From Verrucomicrobia bacterium UBA6982 (GTDB lineage Bacteria; Verrucomicrobiota; Kiritimatiellia; RFP12; UBA3636), in the NCBI GenBank assembly GCA_002448475.1, contig DJYI01000100.1, positions 5,154-69,153 of the forward strand: 64,000 bases of DNA. The letters run 5' to 3'. This document shows, in pieces, positions 42,828 to 51,795 of the stretch. The first letter of the stretch is position 1; the number at the start of each line of letters is the position of its first letter. A program made the translations under genes and the position numbers. The notes below the pieces were generated by a model. The model was not told the DNA's origin, ran no database searches, and saw only the letters and a program-made list of their open reading frames with translations.

Positions 42828-43979
42828 CTAGAGTCCAAGCACTGGGGTCAGCACCGTTCGCCGCCAGCCGCGCATGAACGGATGGTCTGGGGCGCCGGGG
42901 GCTGAAACCCAGGCCGTCGCGTCGGCGCGGGTGGCGATCAGCGTTGGCGCCACTCCGACCTCGTCGGCGCGTCGGGCCAGTCTTTCCAGAAGTTCTGTCG
43001 CCTTGTCGCGAATGACGCGCGGATCCTCGTCCGGGGCGTTTTTGAGAGTGTGGCCGCTGTCTTCGGTGCCGTCGCCGGCGTCGGATCCAGATGCGCCCTC
43101 GGCGGCTCGCAGGGCGTGGAAAAAACCGGGAACGAACGACGGCGAGATCGCGCGCGGAGGGAGGGCCTGAGGCGAGCGTGGCGGCCGAAGCGCGGCTGAA
43201 ACGAGGACGTCGTCCTCCGCAACCCAGCGGCGCGGCAGGTCGCGCGCTTCGGCCGTCTCCTCGCGCCATGCGGCGAGCGCGCGCAGCCTGCGCCCGGCGG
43301 CGTCGTCGCGACGGATGGCTGAAGGCGCCTTGATCCGTTTCCAGGCATCCGAGAAGGGCGGTGTCGCGTAAAGGGCCGGGTCGTCAAATCTCTCCATTTC
43401 CTCCATCATCCACTCGATGGTGCCACGCTCGGAGGCAAGCGCAACAAGCCGCCGCGCCGCCGGGGCGAGCCATATCACGTCCTGCGCGGCGTAGGTGAGC
43501 TGCTGCGGGGAAAGCGGTCTGCGAAGCCAGTCGGTGCGGGTTTCGGTCTTGGCCAGATGTATGCCGAGGGTTTCCTCGACAAGCGCCGCCAGGGAAAGAG
43601 TCGCCGGAAGTCCGCAAAAGCCGGCCGCGACGCGCGTGTCGAAAACGGAACGCGGAGCGCGGCATCCGGTCCAGCGGCAGAGGTGCTGGATGTCCTGCGT
43701 CGCGTCGTGGAGCAGCTTTACGCAACTGTCGTCTTCAAGCGCGTCGCGGATCGGCGCGGGGTCGGCGGCCAGAGGGTCGAGCAGCAGCGCGCTGCGCTCC
43801 TCTTCCGAGGCCGGGACGAAAGGAATCAGGGATGGCGGCTCCATGGGCAGCCTGGAGCGGTCGAACGCCCCGGAAGGCGCAATTTGAACAAGTCCGAGGC
43901 GCGCGTGGTATGTGCGCGTCCAGACGAACTCCGTGTCCAGCGCCAGGCGCGGACCGTCCGTTACGTCGGAAACATTCAT
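42828..43979 (-). CDS. rnd: ribonuclease D (DEDD 3'-5' exonuclease plus HRDC)
   Basis: LALDTEF, LHDATQDIQHL and YAAQDV (Exo I-III motifs). The length fits RNase D. Confidence 0.75.
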   Translation of the reverse strand: MNVSDVTDGPRLALDTEFVWTRTYHARLGLVQIAPSGAFDRSRLPMEPPSLIPFVPASEEERSALLLDPLAADPAPIRDALEDDSCVKLLHDATQDIQHLCRWTGCRAPRSVFDTRVAAGFCGLPATLSLAALVEETLGIHLAKTETRTDWLRRPLSPQQLTYAAQDVIWLAPAARRLVALASERGTIEWMMEEMERFDDPALYATPPFSDAWKRIKAPSAIRRDDAAGRRLRALAAWREETAEARDLPRRWVAEDDVLVSAALRPPRSPQALPPRAISPSFVPGFFHALRAAEGASGSDAGDGTEDSGHTLKNAPDEDPRVIRDKATELLERLARRADEVGVAPTLIATRADATAWVSAPGAPDHPFMRGWRRTVLTPVLGL

Positions 43980-45157
43980 TTTTCAGGTGGAAGCGGTTTT
44001 TCGATGCGATCCTCGGAGGCGGTGCCGGCGCCTGCGATTTTGAAAAGAGTCCCGGTCGGGCAGGCGAAGCGGCACCATGCGCGAGGCACGAAGGCTGACG
44101 AGACCAGCGACGCAAGCGCGAGAGCGATCGCCAGCGGCGGCGCCGCCCGCCAAGCGAAGGCGGCGAAAGGCTCAAGTTCGGTCCATCCAGTCCAGAGTCC
44201 GCACCATGACGAAAGCATCAGGGCCGCCCAGAGAACGCGGCGGAACGCGGTCAGGCGCCGCACGGTCGCCGGTCCAAGTTTCAGTTTTCGAAACGGAAGC
44301 ATGGCGGCCAGTTCCTGCGCCGCGCCGAACGGGCATACGTGCGCGCAGTAATGTCCGGCGCGGCCGAAGATCGGATACAAAAACGCCATGGCCAGCATCA
44401 GAAGCGCGATCGAGAGTCCGGCGAGATCGCGTGGAATTCCGTTGGAGGCCCATCCCAGCAGTCGCGCCGACGAGAGAAAAGTCCCGCTCCACAGGCCGAG
44501 CACCGCCACGTCCAGCGCCATCTGCGCAACACGCCAGCGGCGACCGCGCACGAAGAAGGGCGCGACTGCCGCGAGCACCAGAACGGCCAGCGCGGCGGCG
44601 GAGCTCGCTGAAATCTGTGGCGTGGCGTTTTCGGCTGGAGGCGGCGCCGCGGCCGCGTCGCGCCCTTCGGCGGAAATCGCCGATATCGCCGCGCGCACGT
44701 TGGCTATTGCGGCAAGCGAGGAGAAAGTTGCGCCGGCCACCGCGTCCACGCGCGCGGTGGCGGCCGCTTCCGTCGAAAGTCCATCCCACGCGCGCCAGAA
44801 TCCGGCTTCCTCAAGCATCCCGAAGAATGTCGGGCTTTCGTCGTTTGGCAGTTTCGGGGACGTTCTCGAGACGCGGCCGTCGGTCACGACGACTTCCACC
44901 GGCACGGGGCCGCCAAATCCGAAAACCGCGACTGGAATCGCCGACGAGTCGGCGATGATCGAACCATCTGCGCCGCGCCGCGTCGCGCCGACTTCGGTTT
45001 GGGCTGCGGCGGCCGGCCTGGTGGCGGGGCCGGTCTCGGCTTGGAGCGGACGGCCGAAGATGCGTCCGCTGCTTGAGGCCGCCGCGGCGGCTAACATCGC
45101 GACGCAGGCGGCGACGCGAAACGCATGCGCTGTCCAGTCGTTTTTTGAATGGTTCAT
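43976..45157 (-). CDS. membrane FMN-binding / 4Fe-4S-binding protein (NosR/NapH-like)
   Basis: Periplasmic FMN_bind-like segment (VDAVAGATFSS), several TM helices, and Cys motifs CAHVCPFG and CRFACPTG. Confidence 0.6.
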   Translation of the reverse strand: MNHSKNDWTAHAFRVAACVAMLAAAAASSSGRIFGRPLQAETGPATRPAAAAQTEVGATRRGADGSIIADSSAIPVAVFGFGGPVPVEVVVTDGRVSRTSPKLPNDESPTFFGMLEEAGFWRAWDGLSTEAAATARVDAVAGATFSSLAAIANVRAAISAISAEGRDAAAAPPPAENATPQISASSAAALAVLVLAAVAPFFVRGRRWRVAQMALDVAVLGLWSGTFLSSARLLGWASNGIPRDLAGLSIALLMLAMAFLYPIFGRAGHYCAHVCPFGAAQELAAMLPFRKLKLGPATVRRLTAFRRVLWAALMLSSWCGLWTGWTELEPFAAFAWRAAPPLAIALALASLVSSAFVPRAWCRFACPTGTLFKIAGAGTASEDRIEKPLPPEK

Positions 45158-45284
45158 GTTGCGAAGCGGCTTTTGATGGCGTGGCAGGGCGGATCATACG
45201 GGAAAGACCCGTCGCAGACAATCCCGGCACGATCACGCCGCTGGCGCTGCGTGTTCGCTGCGAGGACGCGGAGAAGGTGCGGCG

Positions 45285-48047
45285 CTACGGGCGGGGCAGG
45301 CGGACGATTTCGTAGAAGAGGCGGCCCGTGCCGTCGGGGGCACGGGTGGACACTTGGAAGTTGATCCGCGAGAGGGGCGGGGTCCGCGAGTGGGGCGGGA
45401 TCCGCGAGTGGGGCGCTTCGCGCTCCCCCTCGCGGCAGGACGGATCCTTGCTGGGGGGCGGGGCCTTGCTGGGGGGCGGGTCATCTCGGCAGGACGGATC
45501 GCTGCTTGGTGGCGGGCAGAACGATTCTGGCGGGGTTGGGGATTCCACTTCGAAAGGCACTTCCGCCACGCGGCGGCCGGCGGCGTCTAGCGCGAATACG
45601 GCGAAATCATGGGCATCGCCGGCAACGGCGAGGCTAACCTCGGCGGTGGAAGTCTCCACCAGGGTGCCGACGCCCCATTGGAGAAGGACCTGCCGCGTCT
45701 CGTCGGCATACCGCGCGTGCATGCCCTGAATGTCGGCGAGGTGGACGAGCAGGATGCGGGAGGATTCGGCCAGCGGGGCGCCGTCGAGCGAGGATGCCCA
45801 GACGGTGGCGGCAACGTGGTTGCCGCCACCGTCCGTTGAAAGGTTGAAAGGTTGAAAAGTTGACTGCCCAGAAGGTCGAAGGTCTCCGGATGTCGGTTGT
45901 CGAATGTCGGTTGTCGGTTTTTCGACATTCGAGGGCAGACAACCGACAGCCGGGTGCCGACTTTCGACTATTTCGAAGGAAAGCGCCCCGGCGTCGATGC
46001 GTCCGGATTCCGCGAATCCGCCGCAGGTGCGCTCCGTCGCGATGGACATCGATCCGCGCTCGGGATCGAGCGCGAGAGCGTCCCCGTCCGCCGCGTCGCC
46101 GCGCAGGAAGAGGCAGACGGCGGCGCGGTCGCTGGCGGAGACGAGAGGATCGGTCACTGCGTCGAAGTAGCCCATGTTGCCCTTGCCGTCAACCATGTTT
46201 CCGTTGCTGTGCGAATAGGCGAAGCGCCAAAGGCCGTCGAAGCCGTGCGAGGAGGCGAGAGCCCCGGCGAGAATGCCACCGACGCCGCGGTAGCGTCCCG
46301 GGCCGCTGAAGTTCCATTCGGAACTGACGCACGGCATTGGGGAGGCGTTGGCGTCGAGGTGGTGCAGCATCGCCGGGCTTCCGGTGCGCACTGGGTTCAG
46401 GTTGAGGTTTCGGGAGGGCAGTTTCCATGATTGGCGGATGAACTGCGGATGGTCAACGTAGAAGTGGCAGTCGTAGTAGTCGTAGAGCGGAGTGCAGCCC
46501 TTGCCGTGGCGTCCGCCGTTGTTGTCGTTCGTGAGGAGGGCGCGGCATCCGAGCGCGCGGACGAAGGCCGAGCAGCGCTCCCAGGCGCGGCGGGACATCC
46601 AGTCGGAGAATTCGTCGAAGCGCGGTTCGCCGGGAGACGGGATGCGCGTGTCGGGCGCCGTTTCTTCGCTGAATTTCCGCCATGCGGCGACAACGCGCGG
46701 ATCGTCCCGCTTGTCCGCGAAGCCCATCTTGAGCGCGCCTTCGTTGATCAGCGAAACAAGCGGCATGCCGGGTTCGTCCTTGGCGGCGCGGCCGGTGTAT
46801 GGGTTCACGTGTTCAAGAAACGCCGTGGCCCAGCGGCACCAGTCTGCGAACGCGCCGTCGTGGCAGGCGATCAGGGTCTTGTAGAGCTGGAATGGGACGT
46901 TGCCGTCGCGGTCCTCTCCGATGTCGCGCCACGGAACGGGGCGCGAGACGTAGAGGTCGGTCGTCACGTAGATGCCGACCTCGTAGCATTTGGCGAGAAG
47001 ATAGTCGAGCTTGTCGATGTCATCTCCCTTCCACGCCCCGTCGTGATGGTGGATGCGGATGGAGTTGTAGCCGCAGCGGACGAAGCGCTCGACAAGCCTG
47101 TCGGCCAGAGCGTGGTCGGGGTAGTTGGCGGTGAAGCACAGGTTGGCTCCGTAGAAGCGCTGCGGGACGCCGGGCAGCCCCTCGAACTCGAAGCTGCCGC
47201 CGACGGCGCGAAGCCATCCGTATTTGCCGGCGGGGGCGTCCTGAAGCCCCATTCCGGAAAAGTCGAGGGCCGAGCCAGGCTCCGCGTCCTTGTGCCAGTC
47301 GAGCTGCGCCCAGTTCTCGCCGGGGAGGATTTCGACGGGCTTGCCGACGGAAAGCCGCAGCGGCGCGCCTGATGTGTCGGAAATCACGAAGCGCCACTCG
47401 GCGACCTCTCCGTCGGCAAAGGACTGAAGCCGACGATTGTCCCCAAAGCGGACAGTCCACGCGCCGCCCCATTGGCGGGAGTCCTGGGCATACCATCCAC
47501 GCTCGGCGGAAAATGAAAGGCGCAGCGAGCGGCCGCCGCCGCAGGGGATGTCGTAGTCCTTCGCGCGGCCGAGGCCGAGTCCGGAGGCGGGCGGGGAGGG
47601 GCAGCTCACGTCGAGCGCGAGGCACTGCATGGTAACTGCATCCTGCGCCACGGCGCGCACGACGCCGAGGATGGTCCCGTCGTCCCGCGCAGACCAGGAA
47701 ACGCGGCCCTTGAACGCCGCGCCGCCGCCCTTTCGCTCGACTATGAATGGCTTTCCGGCATCGGCGCCGATGATGTTCGCGGCGTCGTCCTCGGCGGCTG
47801 CCAGGTCCGGCCGCACCGCCGCCGTCGCCCAGCCTGGAAAAAAGGCGCACACTCCAATTCCGCCGCCGGGGAATGTCAGGAATCCCTCGGAATCGACGCG
47901 CAGCTCCAGCGGAGAGTCAGCCGACGTCGGCGTGGCTCCTCCAGTGACCGACGCGCTGCAAAGGCCGGTCGCGACGGACATGATGACGGCAATTGCCAAA
48001 ACTTGGTGTCTGGAAGCGGACATAATTGATCTGCAAGTTGTTTTCAT
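45285..48047 (-). CDS. secreted TIM-barrel glycoside-hydrolase-like protein carrying two apparent in-frame repeat-element insertions near the C-terminus
   Basis: 920 aa with a signal peptide. FYGANLCFTANYPDHALADRLVERFVRCGYNSIRIHHHD is GH5-like. The segments translated from 45833-45975 and 45383-45520 are repeat DNA (STFQPFNLST; PPPSKAPPPSKDPSCRE, PHSRIPPHSRTPP). Confidence 0.6.
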   Translation of the reverse strand: MKTTCRSIMSASRHQVLAIAVIMSVATGLCSASVTGGATPTSADSPLELRVDSEGFLTFPGGGIGVCAFFPGWATAAVRPDLAAAEDDAANIIGADAGKPFIVERKGGGAAFKGRVSWSARDDGTILGVVRAVAQDAVTMQCLALDVSCPSPPASGLGLGRAKDYDIPCGGGRSLRLSFSAERGWYAQDSRQWGGAWTVRFGDNRRLQSFADGEVAEWRFVISDTSGAPLRLSVGKPVEILPGENWAQLDWHKDAEPGSALDFSGMGLQDAPAGKYGWLRAVGGSFEFEGLPGVPQRFYGANLCFTANYPDHALADRLVERFVRCGYNSIRIHHHDGAWKGDDIDKLDYLLAKCYEVGIYVTTDLYVSRPVPWRDIGEDRDGNVPFQLYKTLIACHDGAFADWCRWATAFLEHVNPYTGRAAKDEPGMPLVSLINEGALKMGFADKRDDPRVVAAWRKFSEETAPDTRIPSPGEPRFDEFSDWMSRRAWERCSAFVRALGCRALLTNDNNGGRHGKGCTPLYDYYDCHFYVDHPQFIRQSWKLPSRNLNLNPVRTGSPAMLHHLDANASPMPCVSSEWNFSGPGRYRGVGGILAGALASSHGFDGLWRFAYSHSNGNMVDGKGNMGYFDAVTDPLVSASDRAAVCLFLRGDAADGDALALDPERGSMSIATERTCGGFAESGRIDAGALSFEIVESRHPAVGCLPSNVEKPTTDIRQPTSGDLRPSGQSTFQPFNLSTDGGGNHVAATVWASSLDGAPLAESSRILLVHLADIQGMHARYADETRQVLLQWGVGTLVETSTAEVSLAVAGDAHDFAVFALDAAGRRVAEVPFEVESPTPPESFCPPPSSDPSCRDDPPPSKAPPPSKDPSCREGEREAPHSRIPPHSRTPPLSRINFQVSTRAPDGTGRLFYEIVRLPRP
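45833..45975. repeat. dispersed repeat element inside the CDS (GTTGAAAG/GTTGAAAA octamers plus nested inverted repeats)
   Basis: Octamers at 45835-45858, followed by GTTGAC. ATGTCGGTTGTCG occurs twice. Inverted repeats are TCGAATGTCG/CGACATTCGA and CGGTTGTC/GACAACCG. Confidence 0.8.
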
Positions 48048-48718
48048 GGATTCGCGGCGGGGCGGGGCAGGGGAAGCGAGATTCGCTCAACGGAGTCCGT
48101 GGCGACCGGTTCCCGCCTCGTCGAAAGAAGTGCGCGTTCGATTGCAGAAACAGCGCTGGGCGGCAGGTCCGGCGAATCGACGACGACCGTCGGAACAGTC
48201 TGGCCTGCCGATCTGAACAGGAAAACCTCGCCCGATCCGTTCGCCGCGCCTGTCTGGGGAATCGTAGGCAATGGCTCGATCGTTGCGAACGCGCCGGCCG
48301 AAGGCGGAGGGATTCCGCCTGGCGGAATCATGGTCGAAAGCGCGTCGCGCGGGGAATTCGGCTCGGCGGGGACAGGGGTGCGAGTCACCGGATATGACGG
48401 CGGGGTCGATGCCGATGGAGGAGGGACGTCCGTTGGTGTCGGCAGTCCGTCGCGCGCCGCCGCTTCGGCGCTTTCCGGCCCGGGAAGACCAGCCAGCGAG
48501 GGTGCGAACGGTTCAGGCGGAATCGCCGGGACAGATCCCGGAGGCAGGATCGCGATGGAAAACGACGGTGTTGGCCCCTTTGGCGCGACGGCGCGGAGTC
48601 GCGGCAGAGCCGGGGCGAGGAGGAGGGGCGACACGGCAAATGACAGCGCCACGAGGACGATGTCGATCCGCAGCCAGTGCAGTCGCCTGCGTGGTATTCT
48701 GCGCCGTTTTGCGCTCAA
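48044..48718 (-). CDS. proline-rich membrane-anchored protein, possible TonB analogue
   Basis: Follows exbB-exbD. It has one TM helix (IDIVLVALSFAVSPLLLAPAL) followed by a Pro-rich spacer. The TTG 48718 start overlapping the exbD stop is tentative. The C-terminal domain is not clearly TonB-like. Confidence 0.45.
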   Translation of the reverse strand: MSAKRRRIPRRRLHWLRIDIVLVALSFAVSPLLLAPALPRLRAVAPKGPTPSFSIAILPPGSVPAIPPEPFAPSLAGLPGPESAEAAARDGLPTPTDVPPPSASTPPSYPVTRTPVPAEPNSPRDALSTMIPPGGIPPPSAGAFATIEPLPTIPQTGAANGSGEVFLFRSAGQTVPTVVVDSPDLPPSAVSAIERALLSTRREPVATDSVERISLPLPRPAANP

Positions 48719-49209
48719 CGCGCGCCCTCCGCCCCGTCCGCGCCGTCGTCCGGACTCGCGGCGAAGCACACGCTTGTGAAACCGGCCTGACGCAGCAGCG
48801 TGCAAAAGCGCATGGCGTCGCGGTGCTGCAGGCCGCCGTCGGCGTAGGCGAGCGCGACGCGGCCTTCTGGCGGTTCCGAAGATATTGCCTCCGCGGCGGC
48901 GCGCAGGAACGCCTCCTCCTCCGCGCGCGAGCCAAGCGGATAGCGCCCGTCGCGGAAGAACACAGCGGCCGAGGCTCCGCCGCTTCCGCCCGAAGCGCCG
49001 CTCCGCTGCTGGAGCGAGCGCACGACGAACGAGTATTGGGTTCGCACTCCATCCGCGAAAGGCTCACGCGGCAGATCGGCCCGCTGCCCTGGCGATTTGG
49101 CCGTCGCGAAGGCGAAGAACACGGTCGCCGCCGACAGAAGCGCCATGTCAACCCACGGCACGAGCATGGCCCATGCGGCGTGTCTGTCCGACGCTCCGAA
49201 GTCAGCCAC
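48715..49209 (-). CDS. exbD: ExbD/TolR-family biopolymer transport protein
   Basis: GTG 49209 is preceded by GGAGGA. It has one TM helix (MALLSAATVFFAFA) and a periplasmic ExbD-like domain, and lies directly after exbB. Confidence 0.65.
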   Translation of the reverse strand: MADFGASDRHAAWAMLVPWVDMALLSAATVFFAFATAKSPGQRADLPREPFADGVRTQYSFVVRSLQQRSGASGGSGGASAAVFFRDGRYPLGSRAEEEAFLRAAAEAISSEPPEGRVALAYADGGLQHRDAMRFCTLLRQAGFTSVCFAASPDDGADGAEGAR

Positions 49210-49828
49210 GACGATCCTCCTTGCGCAGGGAGTCGAAGAAGAACACGCATTCCGACGCGGCCTCGCGCATGTCGAGTTCGAGTCGGTCCACTTTGTCGGA
49301 GAGCACCGAATGGGCGACGTGGGCCGGAATCGCCACCGCCAGACCGACGGCGGTCGTGACGGCTCCGCACAGCAGCGAGTCGGCGACCCCGGTGAAATCG
49401 GCGAAGGGAAGAGCGGCCCGATAGGCCAGAAGCCCCTTGAGAATGCCAACGGCAGTTCCGAGCAGGCCAAGTAGCGGAGCCACGCGCGCAACGAGGGAAA
49501 GGGCGGAAATGCGGCGGCGCATCCGCGCGGACTCGTCGTGGCCCGCCGATTCTAGGTCGGCGAGCAGTCGTTCGCGCGGCGAGTCGCTGCGCCGGACCGC
49601 CACGAGGGCGATCCGGGCCACAGGACCTGGTGTTTCGTCGCACAGTTCAGCCGCCTCGTCGCGGTTGCCGCGCCGCATGGCGTTGAAAATGCCCTGAAGG
49701 AAGTCCGTGGCGTCAACGCGGGCGCGGTGAAGCGAAAGGGCGCGTTCGAAAAACACTGCGGCGGCGGCCACGGCGAGGGCGCAGAGGAGCCACAGCACGG
49801 GCCCGCCGAGACGGAAGAGTTCTGTCAT
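49202..49828 (-). CDS. exbB: MotA/TolQ/ExbB proton-channel protein
   Basis: Start at MTELFRLGG. It has three TM helices and the signature APLLGLLGTAVGILKGL. Confidence 0.8.
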   Translation of the reverse strand: MTELFRLGGPVLWLLCALAVAAAAVFFERALSLHRARVDATDFLQGIFNAMRRGNRDEAAELCDETPGPVARIALVAVRRSDSPRERLLADLESAGHDESARMRRRISALSLVARVAPLLGLLGTAVGILKGLLAYRAALPFADFTGVADSLLCGAVTTAVGLAVAIPAHVAHSVLSDKVDRLELDMREAASECVFFFDSLRKEDRRG

Positions 49829-51261
49829 TTTCGATCCGATTGGTTGATGGTTGGCGCGGAGCGCCGGGGGGCGCTGGCTGAAGCGCCGGACATGGAGGCC
49901 AGCGGGCACGAGCGACACGCCTGCGGTGATGCGGAGCAGTATCCGTTCCACAGCTCAAGCAGCCCCTGGATCCGTATCGAGCGGGATGCGTAGATTGCCG
50001 ACGGGTTGTGGTCGGGGCCTAGAAGGCGAAGCGCCATTTCGCGACCGGGCGCGCCGACGTCTTCGCCTGGCAGGGCGTCAGCGAGGCGCCAGGCGTCCTC
50101 GTCGAAACGGGCGATCCACGGCACGACGACGTTGGCCAGCGCCGCCATGATCCTCGACGTGCCGAGCGGTGCGCCGGCACGACGCGCCGCCGGAGGAGCC
50201 AGCTCCCGTCCGGGCGCCGCCCCCTCGCGCAGGATTCGCGTTGCGGAACGGACCCATGCGCGGGCGTCAGCGCGCGGGAGACCCTCCAGTCCGGCCAGAA
50301 GGTCGGAGCCGCCGTTGGCGAAAAGAGCGGCGGCCGCCGCCAGTCGGACGCGCGGATGGTTGGCCGGGCGCAGCCCGGAGAGCGACCACGACGAGAGAGC
50401 GTCCGGGTTGTATGACGCACCGGAGGCGAACGCGGCGTCCCATACCTCCTTGATCCATGCCGCCGGAGTGGCGGGGGAAGCGGTTCCAGGAATTAGTCCG
50501 GCGGCGGCGAGGAGCGTCGCGTAGCGAGCGCGGTTGTCCGGCAGACTTGCGAGGCTCGCGGCCGGAACGCGCCTTGCCAGAGCGCGCATTGGCGCGGCGT
50601 TTCGCCGAAAGCCGAGCGCCCCCATGAAAGCTTCGTAGAACGCCTGCTCGCGCGATTCCGCCGCAGTCGCGCGGGCTTCCAGAGCGCGTGCGAATCTCCG
50701 GACGCGGCTTTGTCCGGCGCGTTCGAGCCAGGCGGCGGTTTCGGCCGCGGACAGTCCGGCGAGGGCGTTTCGGCACGGGCGCGCCGGTTCGGCGGCGGCG
50801 CGTTCCGGGTATGCCGACGGATCGATTTGGTCGAAGGAGAATCCGGGACGCTCGAGCATGGCGTCGCGCAGGACGACAAGCGGGATCTCCGGCGCCGCCT
50901 CCACGGAAGAAGGCGGAAACCATGAAACGTGAAGCGCGACATCGCGGTATTCCGGATCGCAGTCGTGACCGTGGTCAAACCAGTCGCCTGGTCGAACGTG
51001 GATTTCGATGGATCCCCGGCGCGCTTCGCCGTCGAGTTCGAATACTGCGTCGTTGAAGTCGGGTCCGGGACCTCCGTTCCAGCGGCCTGGATCCACGACG
51101 CGCACGATCCTTCCCCCGGTAGTGAAGAGCGCCTTCGGCCGCAATGTCGAATCGGCCCAGATGCACTGCAGGTGCCGTTCGTTCCAGGCGGCGCCGTCCA
51201 GCTCGGGCTCGCGGGCCGCGTCCGCCGGGCGATCAAGGCATGGCGGGAGGGGAATGCTCAT
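49825..51261 (-). CDS. DUF2851-family protein
   Basis: ERHLQCIW...GRWNGGPGPDFNDAVFELDG...IEIHVRPGDW is typical of DUF2851. Start at MSIPLPP (51261). Confidence 0.7.
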   Translation of the reverse strand: MSIPLPPCLDRPADAAREPELDGAAWNERHLQCIWADSTLRPKALFTTGGRIVRVVDPGRWNGGPGPDFNDAVFELDGEARRGSIEIHVRPGDWFDHGHDCDPEYRDVALHVSWFPPSSVEAAPEIPLVVLRDAMLERPGFSFDQIDPSAYPERAAAEPARPCRNALAGLSAAETAAWLERAGQSRVRRFARALEARATAAESREQAFYEAFMGALGFRRNAAPMRALARRVPAASLASLPDNRARYATLLAAAGLIPGTASPATPAAWIKEVWDAAFASGASYNPDALSSWSLSGLRPANHPRVRLAAAAALFANGGSDLLAGLEGLPRADARAWVRSATRILREGAAPGRELAPPAARRAGAPLGTSRIMAALANVVVPWIARFDEDAWRLADALPGEDVGAPGREMALRLLGPDHNPSAIYASRSIRIQGLLELWNGYCSASPQACRSCPLASMSGASASAPRRSAPTINQSDRK

Positions 51262-51764
51262 CGCCTGTCCTCCACCGTTGCGGTGGAAATCGTGGAGGAG
51301 CGGATGGTCACCGACGGCAGTCCCATGTCGTTTAGCGCTTCGCGCAGTTCGACAAGGCGCTTCATCGGAACGTTGCCGCGCGCCGCGAGCACGATGGGTC
51401 GCATTTTCCGGTTGCGGCCGCGGCCTGAAACGGATTCCCTTTCGAGCCGTCGCCCAAGGCGGCGAATATCGGTGTAAACGTCGGCCATGTATTCGCAGGA
51501 GCCGTCGGGGTGCACGCGCACCTGCAGGTCGCGTTCCGGAGCGGAGTCCGGGCGCAGGGCGCCGCCGCCGGGCGAAGACTTCAGCCGCAGCTCCTGGCGC
51601 CCCTGGCGCGGTCGCCCGCGGCGCGCCCCGGCGTCGGCCGACGCGCATCCCGCGACAGGCTGCGCCGCCAGCGCCGCAAGAGCGCAGAGCGCGACCGCCG
51701 CCAGAACCGACCTGACCGCGCGGGAAACGCGGTCCGCGAAGTCGGTCTTGCGGCGGCGTGGCAT
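51258..51764 (-). CDS. hypothetical lipoprotein
   Basis: Start at MPRRRKTDF. Lipobox-like LAAQPVAGC. The C-terminal PIVLAARGNVPMKRLVELREALNDMGL is faintly ExbD-like. Confidence 0.45.
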   Translation of the reverse strand: MPRRRKTDFADRVSRAVRSVLAAVALCALAALAAQPVAGCASADAGARRGRPRQGRQELRLKSSPGGGALRPDSAPERDLQVRVHPDGSCEYMADVYTDIRRLGRRLERESVSGRGRNRKMRPIVLAARGNVPMKRLVELREALNDMGLPSVTIRSSTISTATVEDRR

Positions 51765-51795
51765 GGCGCGGACCAGGGAAGAGGCTGTTCGCGCG

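Noticed and set aside
48715-49828. ExbB/ExbD-like pair as flagellar or T3S-related MotAB stator
   Set aside because: The small single-TM ExbD-type partner has no OmpA-like peptidoglycan-binding domain. It is followed by a Pro-rich anchor protein, which fits a TonB-type energiser.
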